From assembly GCA_905178155.1 (NCBI GenBank), contig CAJINV010000011.1:1633216-1697215 (forward strand): DNA of 64,000 nucleotides, written 5' to 3'. The translations under genes and the position numbers were made by a program. Every line of letters starts with the position of its first letter. Position 1 is the stretch's first letter. The DNA comes from Amoebophrya sp. A120 (Eukaryota; Protista; Dinoflagellata). This document shows, piece after piece, positions 47,201 to 59,400 of the stretch. Below the pieces are notes generated by a model. It had not been told where the DNA came from. It was given only the letters and a program-made list of their open reading frames with translations, and searched no databases.

Positions 47201-49232
47201 ACCCGCAGACCGCGAGTTTCCAGATCGGCAAGACGCTCGTTTTTTTCAAGAAGGCTGCCTTCGCGAAACTGCACCAAGCCCGACTGGCCCGCCGGTCCAC
47301 CGCCGCAACACAAGTGCAGGCCTTTTTCCGCATGGCAGTGGTGAAACTCCGCTTTTTGCGGACGAAGTGGAAGTTGGTGCGCATCCAAGCGGTGTTTCGC
47401 GGTTTCGCAGCACGAAGGAGGTACGCGATTGCCCTGAAGCGGTACCGGGCGGCCAGGACGATTCAAGCAATTGTTCGGATGACGATCGTGCGCGGGGCCT
47501 ACCTGTACTTGATCAAAAAGTCCGCACCGCTAATCCAGCGGTGCGTCCGGGGGATGCTGGCGCGAAATCGAGCGAGAAAGTTGTGGAAGGAGAAGTACAG
47601 AAAACCCATTCTAGCCGCGACTGGTTCGTCTTCCACTTCATCTGGCGCTCATCAAAAGCAATTCCATCGCAGCACGACACTTACCACCACTCCCTTCCGG
47701 GCCTCGCACTCCATTCTGCGAGCCAAAGTGTCACTGCGCCCGTCGGCAATGGTCAGCTCCAGCATAGCCGGATTTCGTGCCTCCGCACCGTATTGGCTAT
47801 ATTTCCATTTCGTCCATGAGCGATATAGTTTCTTCCATATGTTTGAAATTGAACAAGTCTGCACGATTTTAATGAATCGGGGCAAGCAGAAGTTAGTTGT
47901 ATCAATCTCGAAAAACTTCACAGCCCTGGAACAAACACCAGTTCCCCTGCCGAGCCCATGATTCGTGCGGGCCAGCGCGCGGTGCGCGAAATGCGAACCT
48001 CAGTCGAAACCATCTTGTCCGAGCAGATGGCTCAAACCAGCACTACGCCCGTCATGGGAAGCAGCAGCACGGGTCCTCTCGTGAACCGGAGCTCGCCGAA
48101 GCCGAGGGCGTTGTCCATAACACGGAGGTAAAGGAGTGCGATTTTGTGGGGTCGTGTAGTTTGAGTTTCCTGTCGCATGAAAGTCAACTGTTGCCGTCTT
48201 GCATGATGAACGCAGCCATGCTAATGATTGAAAGAATTGCACAAAAAAAACCTTAGCTTCGTCCCGCATCCTGCTCGAGGAGGCGCTGCTCGAGTCAGCG
48301 CCGGACCCCCGCCACAGTCTACCTCCTCCTCGAGTACCGCTGTGGTTGTCGAGTCTCCCTTCACGATGGCTCGCAACGCGCGGAGGTGTACAACTACGAC
48401 TCCCACCGGCGCGACGCGGCCTCTTCAAAACGGCCTCGTACCACTTCCGAGAACTCCCGGGGTAGGGGGAGGTGCAGCTGTAGTGAAAATTGGGGGAAGT
48501 AGTGGCACTTGCACTTCTGCGAGCGGCGTTGTTGTACAACCAGGAGGTGTTTCTACTTCTAGCGCTGCTGGGACGGCCCACGGAAACGGAATCGCTGTTC
48601 AAAATACAGGCGTATACCAGAACAATGGAACAACCACGACAACGACACAGCTCCTCACTCCGAGTAAAATCACGATGGTGAACGCCGGCACCACAACCGC
48701 AGCAGCTTCTGTTGCAACTATTTCTGCGGAAGGTACTGACAAGCTGTCCGCGCGCGGCGATCCCAGAGGACAACTGCCCTCAAGTCGCCAAGAACTTTTA
48801 CACAGTGACCATACCACGACGACCTTGGCTGCAAACTCTTCCTCAAAAAACCTCGCAAATACCGTAACACTCCAGTCCCCCGAGGTCGGTTACCGCCCAC
48901 TGCAAAGTGCGAGCATGGTATCTCTGGGTCCAGCCACGCAGGGTGCAGCTGGCAGGGTGAGTGCATCCGGAGGCGATACTAGTAGCACCACGACTGGCTT
49001 TAATATTGCGGGGGCAGCTGCTCCGACGAGCAGCGCTACCGCTGCAAATGCTGGGACCACGACGGGCTTTGGAGTAACAACTCGCATGCAGGCCAGAAAT
49101 AACTTTTTCAACCCTCTTTCCCGTGGTTCGGGTGTTCAGCGAGCCGGGCGGGTACAACTGCCCAAGTGTTCCACAAGCCAGCCCCAGGTGGTGGTCAGCA
49201 CGACTGAGGAGGGAAGTGAAGGAAGGAAGTGA
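41286..49232 (+). CDS. Unconventional myosin heavy chain, ~2,040 aa, 4 IQ motifs; 6 GT-AG introns (41403-41570, 41986-42151, 42913-43063, 46994-47156, 47790-47923, 48128-48256) plus 4 introners
   Basis: [98 protein letters not shown], IQxxxRG; spliced length 6114 nt; the tail exons are less certain. Confidence 0.93.
45222..45528. mobile_element. Introner family C, opposite orientation to the 7742 copy
   Basis: GCAGC DR; 307-nt core; internal sequence is the reverse complement of 7742-8048. Confidence 0.93.
45567..45704. mobile_element. Introner family B with canonical GT-AG ends (45566-45708)
   Basis: TCAGG/TCAGC DR; family B TIR; restores NERLQQFFN. Confidence 0.92.
45923..46233. mobile_element. 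Introner, singleton, C/G-run TIR
   Basis: CAACA DR; AAAATCCCCCCTCCCCATATC / GATATGGGGAGGGGGGATTTT. Confidence 0.92.
46798..46943. mobile_element. Introner family B
   Basis: ACTGT DR; family B TIR. Confidence 0.9.
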
Positions 49233-50450
49233 AAGACCACGCGAAGGACACTGCAGGCAAACTGAAACTGCGGACAAAAACAAAACGCATGTCATCTACA
49301 ACTAGCGACAACCCTTTATTTGTGTACCAAATACTTTCTCACCTTCTCGTTCTTGTTGCAGCCCCTTCTTTTTGTTCGTCCTCCTACTACCGGGACATAC
49401 AGGCCGTCTACACGACTATCCGTGGCACCGGTACCACTTCTGTTTTCCTCGCTTCCTTCTGAGCGCCTTCTACACTAGTGTCTACTTCTATCTCTTCACG
49501 TCCTCTGTCTGCAAAGCTCGATAGGATCATGAAGTGTTGGTGATGCTGATGACTCAAACTTGTGCAAGACTCCTCAGCAAAAAAAGCATTTTTTGACGTA
49601 ACCAGTAGTACAAAATATTATATTGTCACGACGCGTCGAGATGAAAGTACGCGCTTGACTTCGGATGCAAGCTGCGGCGCAACAAGCGCATCATGATTAT
49701 AGATTTATCAGATGTATTATGCCCAAAGTTGGTGATTGAAGTTCGATCATACGTTCTTGCCGTCGCGTCGGTTTTTTCGTATTCGCATGTGGTGCTCGTG
49801 TCGTCCTTGGTCAAGCTCCGTCTTCAGGCCATTCTTGTTCGTTGCGCTTCGTCTTGTTGTCGCAAGTGGATTTCGTTTCCGTCGGTTCTTATTTCCAATA
49901 ATGCCAATCAACATACGAACAAGCTATATGGTAAGTCAGTGCAATTTCGTATGATCGGTTTCATCGTTCACACTGTTGCAATACGTCGTTCGAATAAGTC
50001 CGCGCTTTGTGCCCGACCACACACGTACAATGTAATCGTCACATTCGTTCTTATCATGTGTGTGTTATTTCGTTGTTGTTTGCGTACATGTAAATACGAA
50101 ACAATGCACAATCACAAACGCATCACCACAAAAAAAAATACTCTACAGCTAAACTTCTTAGCAACCCCAACAAATTTTCTAGAAATTCTTCTTTAATAGC
50201 GTTAGGGATTCGCAACTGCATTATGTCTGTGTGGTGTGTTTCAATCTTGAAGAAAAGCTAGACATTCATCTTTCCCCTATTTTAGCGCTTGTTTAAATCT
50301 AAGAAGCTGCCTCTACCGGTACTGATTAGGACCCCTGATCGGACGTAGAGTAGCTAGGTAATTTGTGCTCGTTTTTCAACAGTCGAAAAAACTTTTTACC
50401 CATAAGATTTTAATTTTCTCATCCTATCAAGAAAAATCCCCCATCAAAAC

Positions 50451-53400
50451 ATGAAATCCATTTCCAGGATGATGAGTTTTCCTTTTTCCCTCTCGGCGCT
50501 CTTTCAACTCTTGTTCACCACCAGCCTGTACGCTCTTGTTGGCGCTTACGGTCTTCAAGTGCAGAAGCGGCACAGCGAGGTCACCCGGTCGGTCATTCGA
50601 AATAGGCCAAAGAAGACTACATCAAAGAAGACACGAGGGGGCAGCGGCAAACATGCAAATTCGGATTCGATTGCTGATGCTGGTGCACGACAAACAATAC
50701 AAGTGCAAGATGAAGCAGACGCGGACCACCTGCACAGCAGGGTGGCTGCGCCTAGCGCCAGTTTGGAAGTGGCACACGGCACGACTGGAGAACCTCCGCA
50801 TGCTGCGCCACATCAACCCACGGGCCATCTTTCCGAGGTTCAAGATGTGCAATTTGACGATGTTGACGAGGATCATTACAACGATCACGACGCACAGGAC
50901 CTTGAAGAGCCTGAACAGGATCAGCAGACCATCGACGTGGATGTGGATCAGGCAGCTACACGACTGTCCAGACACGACGATCCTGCAGATGAACAAGTGC
51001 TCTCCACTTTCATCGCGCTCGCTCTCGGCGAAGAAGCAAAGACCGCTTTTGCCCGCACTACCGCAAAAATGACCGCCGCTGACGGGGACGTCTGCTTCAT
51101 GATCATCGGTGGCATTGCCGGTGCCGTTTTGCTCATTGCGGGCATCATCGTCGGCTGTTGGTGCTACTTTTCCCGAGAAAACAAGCGAAAGACCGAATCA
51201 ATGAAGCGAAAGGAAGCCAAACCCAAGCAGCCGCCCCCGGTTGACGCCGCTCCCGCGTACCAGAAACTGCTCGATACGTATAAGTTCAACGAGGAGGACG
51301 CCCGGGTTTTGTCCGAAAAGCTCGCAGACCCGAATGTGGACGGCTCGGAAGAAGTGCCGCAAGAGCAGGTAGATCTGATTCGCAAATACGCGGGAGGAAG
51401 GAGAGGATCTGGGGAGGAACTACCCGAAGGAGGAGGAGGTGCTCGTACGACTACTTCACTCCAGCAAGGAGCAGATGCGGCTGCATCTCCTGCACATGTG
51501 GTTGCTGCTGCCACTGGCGACGAACAAGTTCTTCAAGCGCAACAAGTAGATCAGGACCAAGAACAACCCGAAGTCACAACCGCCACGACAGCGCGAGCCT
51601 CCGCCGCAGAACAGGAGCAGCCCGGGACGGGTGAGCAACCCGCGCTGAGGAAAAGTTCCGCACGTGACGTTGCAGTTGCTCCTACAGGTGGTCCGGTTTT
51701 TTCGTCATCTGCCGCTGGTGCAACTACCAAGAGGACTTCTACATCCGCGACCGCTCCAGCGCAGCCCGCTTTGGAGGTTCTTAGTACACCGCAAAACAGC
51801 TTCTCAGCCGAAGGAAATAAGTTGATCAACACGATTGGTTCCATCCGTGCATTTCTCGCGACGCAGGAAAAAATTCTATCCAGTGCAAAAGTATCGTACT
51901 AGTATAAATCGCATTACAAATCACCTCAGCATTACAAATCAAATCTGTAATGCTGTTTCACCTTAGGAGAGAGATTTGTCATGCATAACAGCAATTACTA
52001 CGAGTACGATACTTTTGCAATGCATAAATTCCCACGAAATACGAGGTGTACCTGCAGATTTTTCGCAAATTGTTTGCGAAAACCATGCACGAGTTCCCGG
52101 AACTGTTTCCGGATTTGTTGGAGGAAACCGCGGTTTTGCAGCTAGAAGACGCGAAGAAGAACCCCGTGGCCCGCACCATGGACTACAACGTCGTGAATTC
52201 CGTTGTGCGAGCCGCGTCGATGCGAAACCGCCTCAGTCTGGAAAGCAAGCAAAACAAATCTGCGGGCAGCAACAAGGGTGAGGCAGCTCTACTTGCGGAG
52301 GAAAACGAAAAGGAAATGAATTTTGCGAACAATAATTCTAGTTCCGCTGCTCTTCTTCTGAGCAACAAGCAAGAGAAGCGCATGAACTTGAATCTTGCGG
52401 CGAAGAGAATCGAGGCGCAGGCGCAGCTGGTCGCGGACGCTTTGGCGGATGCAAATTTACAAGCGGGAGACGCTTTACCCGTCGAGGTCTTCGCCCCCTT
52501 GCAGATCTACGGCTTCGAAAGCACCGACACGCTGTCTTACGCGCGCTGCTGGGTCGAAACGGGCACGCAGTCGCCGGACGCGGCCGCGAAGCGGATGAGT
52601 TTGAGCAACGGCGAGCGGTTCGCGTCCGCGGTAGCCACGGACTTGGTTCCGCGGGAAGTGCACAAGCTGATTCCTTCGAAGAACCTGGTTTTGCACATGC
52701 TGAAGAAGCGGCTCAAAATGAATCTTACTGGTACACAGCAAGGACAAACTAATACTAGCGCTCATAAGAACCTCGATGAAGTCCTGTTCGGTTTGGAGCG
52801 TCCCAACGCGGACCAGCATTTGGGTCTCCTTAAGCCACTCTGGACCACCCCGGCGGGGGAGGAGGATTCCAACAAAAGCAAGGCGAAGAAGAGTGGGGAT
52901 GATGAAACGAAATCCGACGGCGCCGGTGGGTCTAACAACCCTAATGGCTCCGCCGTCCCCCTCGCGTTCCTTCACACCGTGGAACGGGAGGAGCTTTCCC
53001 CTGAATTATTGCAGCTCCTCTTACCCTTCGGGTTCCAGAGCAACGACAGTGTGCAACGAGTGCAGCACTGGATCTTCCACGGGTGTATTACCCCCGTGGA
53101 CGACCTGCCGCCCCGCGCGCACTACTGCGCGACAAGGCTAATGAAAACCCTCGGGAAGGACGGCGAGCGAGAGTTTTTCAACATGTCAGTGGACCACGGG
53201 ACGAGTTCGTCGACCTCCTTCGAGAGCCCTTTAGTGGGTTCCGAGCAGATGATCACGCAAGCGTTTTTCGAACCCCAGGAACTCGAACTCCGTGGCGCGT
53301 CGCACAACACGGACGACGTGCAGCAATTGATCGGCACGGGCGCGCTGTTGGAAAACGCCGTGCAGATTCACAAACTGCAGGACCAGCCCGCGGAGTTGCT

Positions 53401-56400
53401 CTTTTTCAACCAATTGGTCCAAAATTGCGGCTTCGATCCCATCACGGACAACCAGCTCGGCTTTGTTCGTGAGTGGATCTGGGCGGGCAGTCCGTTGATT
53501 GCGAACGAAGTCCCGCTGCGGGTGCACCGGTTGCGGAAAATTCTGCTGGAAAACTCGATTTTGGACCAAGAGAAGTGCTTTGTCATTGCGGATGTCGTGG
53601 CCCACCCGGATAAATACGATCCGATGATCACGTTGAAGGAATTACTCCGCGCGTTAGAACAGTATCAAATGTAAAAGTGTCTGGGTCTGGAAGATTCTGA
53701 GACTTGTCATGCATGTTTTGCATTGGGATTGGCCATGATGTCTGTGATGCATGCCCTAGCATCACAGATTTTTTGAGGGCTTCGCGATGCCTATTCCGCA
53801 TGACAAATGCCCTCTCCGCGCAGCAAAAATTGCATTCCCTTTGCTGCTCATGCAATACAGATTTTTTTGGAATCCAAAAGCATCACAAGTTGCATTCTTC
53901 CAGACCCAGACATTTTTACATTTGATAAACAGGTAAAGGAAGCGAAAGAGAAGCCGAAGAACTCCCGCTCCTCCGAAGCGACGTTTGGGCGCACGAGCAA
54001 GGCTTCGACTGTATCCAATAAGTCTGGGCAGACCAACACCAACACCAACACCGCGCCCTTCACGCAGAACAGCACGGAGAAGCTGGCGATCCACGGTCTG
54101 ATGTCGGCCTACGGGTTCCGGGAGGAGGATGACATTCTGAAGATCCGGCGGTGGGTGATCTTGCATTGTCCGAAGAATGTGGTGCAGTTGATCCCCAACC
54201 TTTCCCAAGCCGCGGAGCACTTGGAGAAGAATTGCGGGTTAAAGCCCCGCCACGCGGTCAATGTCGCGAACATTGCCGCGAACAAGGCGATTCCAGAAGA
54301 GAAAACGCTGGGGTCTGTGGTTTTAGAAAAGGAGGATCAGCTCGGGATTTTGCTGGACATTCTGGAACCCTTCGGCTTTGACTGCGACACGGACACGGTT
54401 GGGAATCTCCGCGCGTGGATCAACTATGACTGCCCGGACCGGCTTTCCGAAGTGGGGAAGTTAATTGAGAAACAAAAGGAGCGGAACGCGGTTCTCGGAA
54501 TCATGGAAGTTGACATGGCGGGTGGACCACTGTTTATGCAGAGTGTTGTTGAGAAGCCGGTCATTGCCGAGCAGCAATTCTGGTGGAGCTGGTGGAACCG
54601 GCTGACGAAAGGAAGAGCTTCGAAGGACCTTTCTCGCACGAGCAATAAAGTGTTAGACCCGACGTCGCTCCCCGAGCGCGCGGTTCTGGTCAAGCACCTG
54701 CGGTCCGGCGGGGTGGCGAAGCCGTACGCGAAAAAACTGGCCGACGCGGTCACGGATCCGACGTGTAGCATGCCCCGCACGGAAATCATTCCTTCGACGG
54801 GACCGGAGAAGATGGGTGTATTGCAGAAATCGTTCGGCTTGCACATGGGCGACAGCATCGCGAAGGCGCGGAGTGTTCTCTTCGACAGTCTGAGCAAAAA
54901 CCCGAACGGGCTGGGCCAAGCGGGCTCGCGGTCGAAGATGTTGGAGCGGGAGTTTGGATCCCCCGTGCCGGGTGCGTTACAGGAGAAGCAGCGCGACATT
55001 TACAAGGACGTTTTACATGACGCCGGCAGCACGCTCGAGTACAGCACCGTTGTGGCCGACGCCTTGGTCATCAGCAAACGGGGTGGGGCCGCCCTTGACG
55101 GCACGAAGCATCTACCCGCCCCGTTGGACCAGGGGGACGCGATCGTGCTGAGCCTGCGGCTGGGCATTGACCCAGCCACGGACACCATCGCTTCGGCCAG
55201 GACGAAAATCGAGGCGATCGTGAAGGCGCAGGAAACCGACCACGAGGAGAGCGACGACAGCAGTAGGTCAAAGAACACGACGTCGCGCGCGAGTGCCGCG
55301 ATGGCCACGCAGGCGACGGAATACGAGGACATTTTGAAGTCTGGTGGCGGACCGCCGCACGTGAACAAGACGATCATGATTAAATCGATGATTTTGCAAG
55401 AGGCGAAGAAGCTGGGGAACGAAGTGCAAATTGTCAACTCGTCGGAGGAAGAAACCGAAGAGTCAGAACTGGAAGGTGTAGGTGGCGGTTCTAAAAAGAA
55501 ACTACAAATGGAGACCCACATCAGTGGCCGCACCGAGGGACCCTCGCGGCGGGACGTCGCAACAATCGGGCTCAAGATGTCGGCCCCGGGCTCGGTGGGC
55601 GAGCTCCACGAATCTGCGCCGGCGCCCCTGGGCGACCCTGCGTTGCTGGCCAAGTTGTTCATCAACGTGGGGTTAGACCCGGACTTTGCGCTCGGGTTAT
55701 CAAAACTTCTAGTCGACCCCAACGTGAGCCGGAAGCGGCAGCTGAACGCAGATTTGAGTTGGCAGGACAATGAGGTGCTCAACGCCATGGGGTTTGGCTC
55801 CGTCGAGAAAAAAACCGTCGGCGCGTTTCGCGACTGGGTCAACCGCGCGACCGCAGGGGCTTTCTCGACGACGCAGCTGGCCAGCGCCAAGGACGTGGAC
55901 GGGTACGCGCGCGAGATGCTGATCTTGGTCGGATTCTCGCCGGAGTACGCGAAGAGATTGGGCAAGCAGTGCGAAAGTAAAAGTGTCACTGACGACGCCG
56001 AGCTAACCCCTCCGGGCGGGAAAAAAACCGGGGATTTGATGCGGTTTGCGCAACTGGGGCTCCTCCTTTCCCCCGAAGAGGCGGTCAAGCAGCATGGAAG
56101 CAAGCGGAAGAAGGAGCTCCGCGCGGCGTTGGATGCTAGTGAGCAGACCGCAGCAGAAAAGCACAAGATCAAGGCCAACGTGAAAGCCAAGGGCGACCTG
56201 TTTTGGCTCAAGGCCCGCACCCGGACGAAGAATCTGGAAAACGAGCGCCCGCCCTCGATTGTGAAGATGAGCATGGCCACGGTCAAACGCAAAACCCTCC
56301 CCGCGGACGTGGTTCTCCACCTCCTCCCCACGGTCGGCCGCATCCGCGCCTTCGTGTTCGACCTGCACGAGCTACCCGCACTGGCGCAAATGGCAGAACT

Positions 56401-59400
56401 CCCTCTACCGGAGCACGACGAAGCGTTGTTCATCCTGCAGAAGCGCGGGTTCAGCGCGGAATACGCACAGCAACTCGCCGAGCAGTTGGTCGAGGCCCCG
56501 GTGGAAACCGTCCCGGACTCGGACCCGATTCCCGAGCCCCGCGGCGCCGACCGGTCCGCGCTGGAAGCGCTGGGTCTCGGTCCCACCGCGAACTGCGGGC
56601 TGTTGCGCGGGTTTCTGGCCGCCGCGGAGATGCCGTGTCGCATGCTCGGGATGCAAAAAGCGCCGGACGAAGACATCGTGGCTTCGGGTGGAGGTGCGGG
56701 GGGACCTGCGGTTAATAACAACCAGGGGACGTCGATCTTCGGGACCTTTGCGGGTGCGATCCTCGGCACGAGCACGACCGAACAGCAAGTCCAGTCGCTC
56801 CCCCCCAGCCAGCAACCACTGTCTTCCTTTCGGCCCAGCTCCACGCACGAAAGCCGGCACAGCTCCACCCACATCACGGGTATGTTTGGATCGGAAGCAC
56901 TATCGGGAGCAGGGAAGAAAACGCAGACCGTCCTCATTACCGAAGAACAACAAAAACAGCACACAGCAAGCGTGAATTTATTGCAAGAAGCTGGAGCACC
57001 AGCCCTGCAATCGCTGTACCAGCACACGGAGTTGAAAGAGCAAACGGCCAGTGCCCGGTCGATGAAGAAGGCAGAAATCTCGCATGTGGAAGTCGAGCAA
57101 ATTTTGACCGAAGATTTAGGCGCGACGGTGAAATACGCGTCCGGGTTGGCCACGCAGATTTTGGACGACACGGTTCACCCCGACACACAGATTGTCACTC
57201 CTCCACCCAACAACTTCCCTCTCTCCTTCTCAAAAGACCAGGCTGCCCAGCAGGCGTACGACCTTAAGGGCGAGAAGGAGTGCGTGGGGAAATTACGAAC
57301 TTTACTTCATGCACTGGTCCAGGTGCGGAGGTTGGCCCAGATTCGGATCGACAAGAATCTGGAGATTAGTGACATGAGCGGGGACGAGGAGCAGCAAATG
57401 TCTCCCGCTGCGGCGAAGACTTCGCAGCGGAAGACGAAGGCTTCGGCTGCTTTTGTCGAGGACGATTACCCGGTAGCTGCGGCAGCAAATGCCTACGACG
57501 CGGAAGTCGCCACGCGGACCACGACTCCATTTACGACGGACGGGACAGCTGCGCTGGCCGAGTACCAGCAGATTCAGTACCGTCTGCCCCGGCAGGACGG
57601 GGCGGACTTGGAGTGCTCCCGCGCAGAAGTCCTCGCCATTTTACTAAACATGGGCTTCACCCGCGTGTACAGCGAGGTAGTCATGCGGCAGCTACTATCA
57701 ACTGCAAATATGTCTGGGTCTGGAAAGAATGGGATTTGTGATGCTAGTTGTTGACCACACAAAAATCTGTATTGCAAGAGAGGCAAAAGACACTCAGACT
57801 GCTGCCACCCGGAGTGGGCATTTCTCATGCAGTACAGGCATGAACAAACCTTTGCGAAAGCTGCGATGCTAGAGCATGCATCACAGGTATCGCGAGCCAT
57901 GTACAATTTGCATGACAAACTCCCCAAATCTTCCAGACCCAGACATATCTGCAATGCATAGCTGCTCAGTCCCATGGTGCCGGAGTCCGCGGTCTTGGCC
58001 CCGGTGCCGGTTTGGGACAGTCAAAACATCTTCGCTCTGTATCCTGCGTAAAAACGTCCCCACCCCAGAGTTGTCATGCAAATCTGCACGCTGAAGATGT
58101 TTCTCATGCGGAGCCCCATGAGAAGCATTTTTCAGTCGTGTTTTGGAATTTGTCATGCTCCAATCAGCATGATGTAGTAGATCTGCGATGCTGCTGAGCT
58201 AGCTCAAACAGCACTACAATACAAGTCTAAATTTGTCATGCAAAACAGCCAAAACTTGTGGATTTGTCTAGCCGAGTCCCCATCTTGACTATGGGGCAGG
58301 GACGTTTTTACAAAGGATACTCTGTTCCCCAAACCTATCAACCACGTGGGAAAAATGCGCGCGTTTGTGCAGTCCTGGTGGCGCGCGCCCTGCGCGGTCG
58401 GGGACTTCCGCGGGTTCGACGACCAAAATCCCTACTTTTTGATCCGGATTTTCACGACGTTAGGGCTGTCGGACGTGATAAGCCAGCACCTCGTCCAGTT
58501 ACTGAGGTCGACCTACGAGTACCAACAGTTGCAGTTCGACAACAACAATGCGCATCATCAATACGGCGGTGGTGCGGGACTCACCGTCCAGAAGTCGATG
58601 CACGTTTTTAAACCCCGCGGGATGGATTTTCATTGCTTGAAGCAGATCAACGCGTTGTTGCTACAGGACTTACACAAACCTGACAAGATCCGGTTGGAGC
58701 AATTAGGCTTCCGCTATCTAGTCCCCATCGCCGTGCGGAAGTTGTGCGCGTGGGTGGGAAAATTCTGTTTGGCGGTTAATTTCGGGCACAAGAAGTTTTC
58801 CGAGAAAATGCTCTCCAAGCACCAAAACGCCGTGTCCACCCAGGGTGCGGCGATCCTACTCAACCAGGCTTGCGGGTTACCTTACAACGGCGTGGCCGAA
58901 GTGGTTGCGGTGTGGCTGTACCAGCAAAATGCTACGTCGGGAGAAGTGGGTGGTGGGGAAAGGAAAAGCCGAGTTTCAACCCGGAAGAGCAAAGCTGCGG
59001 GAGGTGTTGCGCAACCTTCTCCAGAGGTAGATCCTGTTGCTGCAGAAGAAGCTCAAGCTGATGCCAGAATGACGTTTTCGAAGGATGCTCCGGGACAAGG
59101 TGAGGAAGTTGCCGGTCAAGGTGAAACGGCTGCTACATCCCCGACCCGGCCATCAACGGCAGCGGCTGGTGGTGCTGTGGAACCACGGACGTCGAGGAGC
59201 TCTACTTCTAGGAAAACGAGCAAGAAGTCTACTGCGGGAGCAACAGCTCCTCTTGCTGCCGCTTCTTTTGCTGCGGCGCAACAAACGCAGCCTGAGGGCG
59301 AGGCAGACACCGTCGCGATCCAGGAAGGGGGCGAGACTGCAACTGCTGCCGCAAGAGCATCGAGTGCGCGGAAGAGCAAGAAGTCACAGCTTGCTCAGGA

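Noticed and set aside
7613-58197. Recurrent short ORFs with MSGSG.., PDPDIF, CKSIVLV or EIVKVEII peptides
   Set aside because: They are translations of introner TIRs and interiors, not a protein family or transposase
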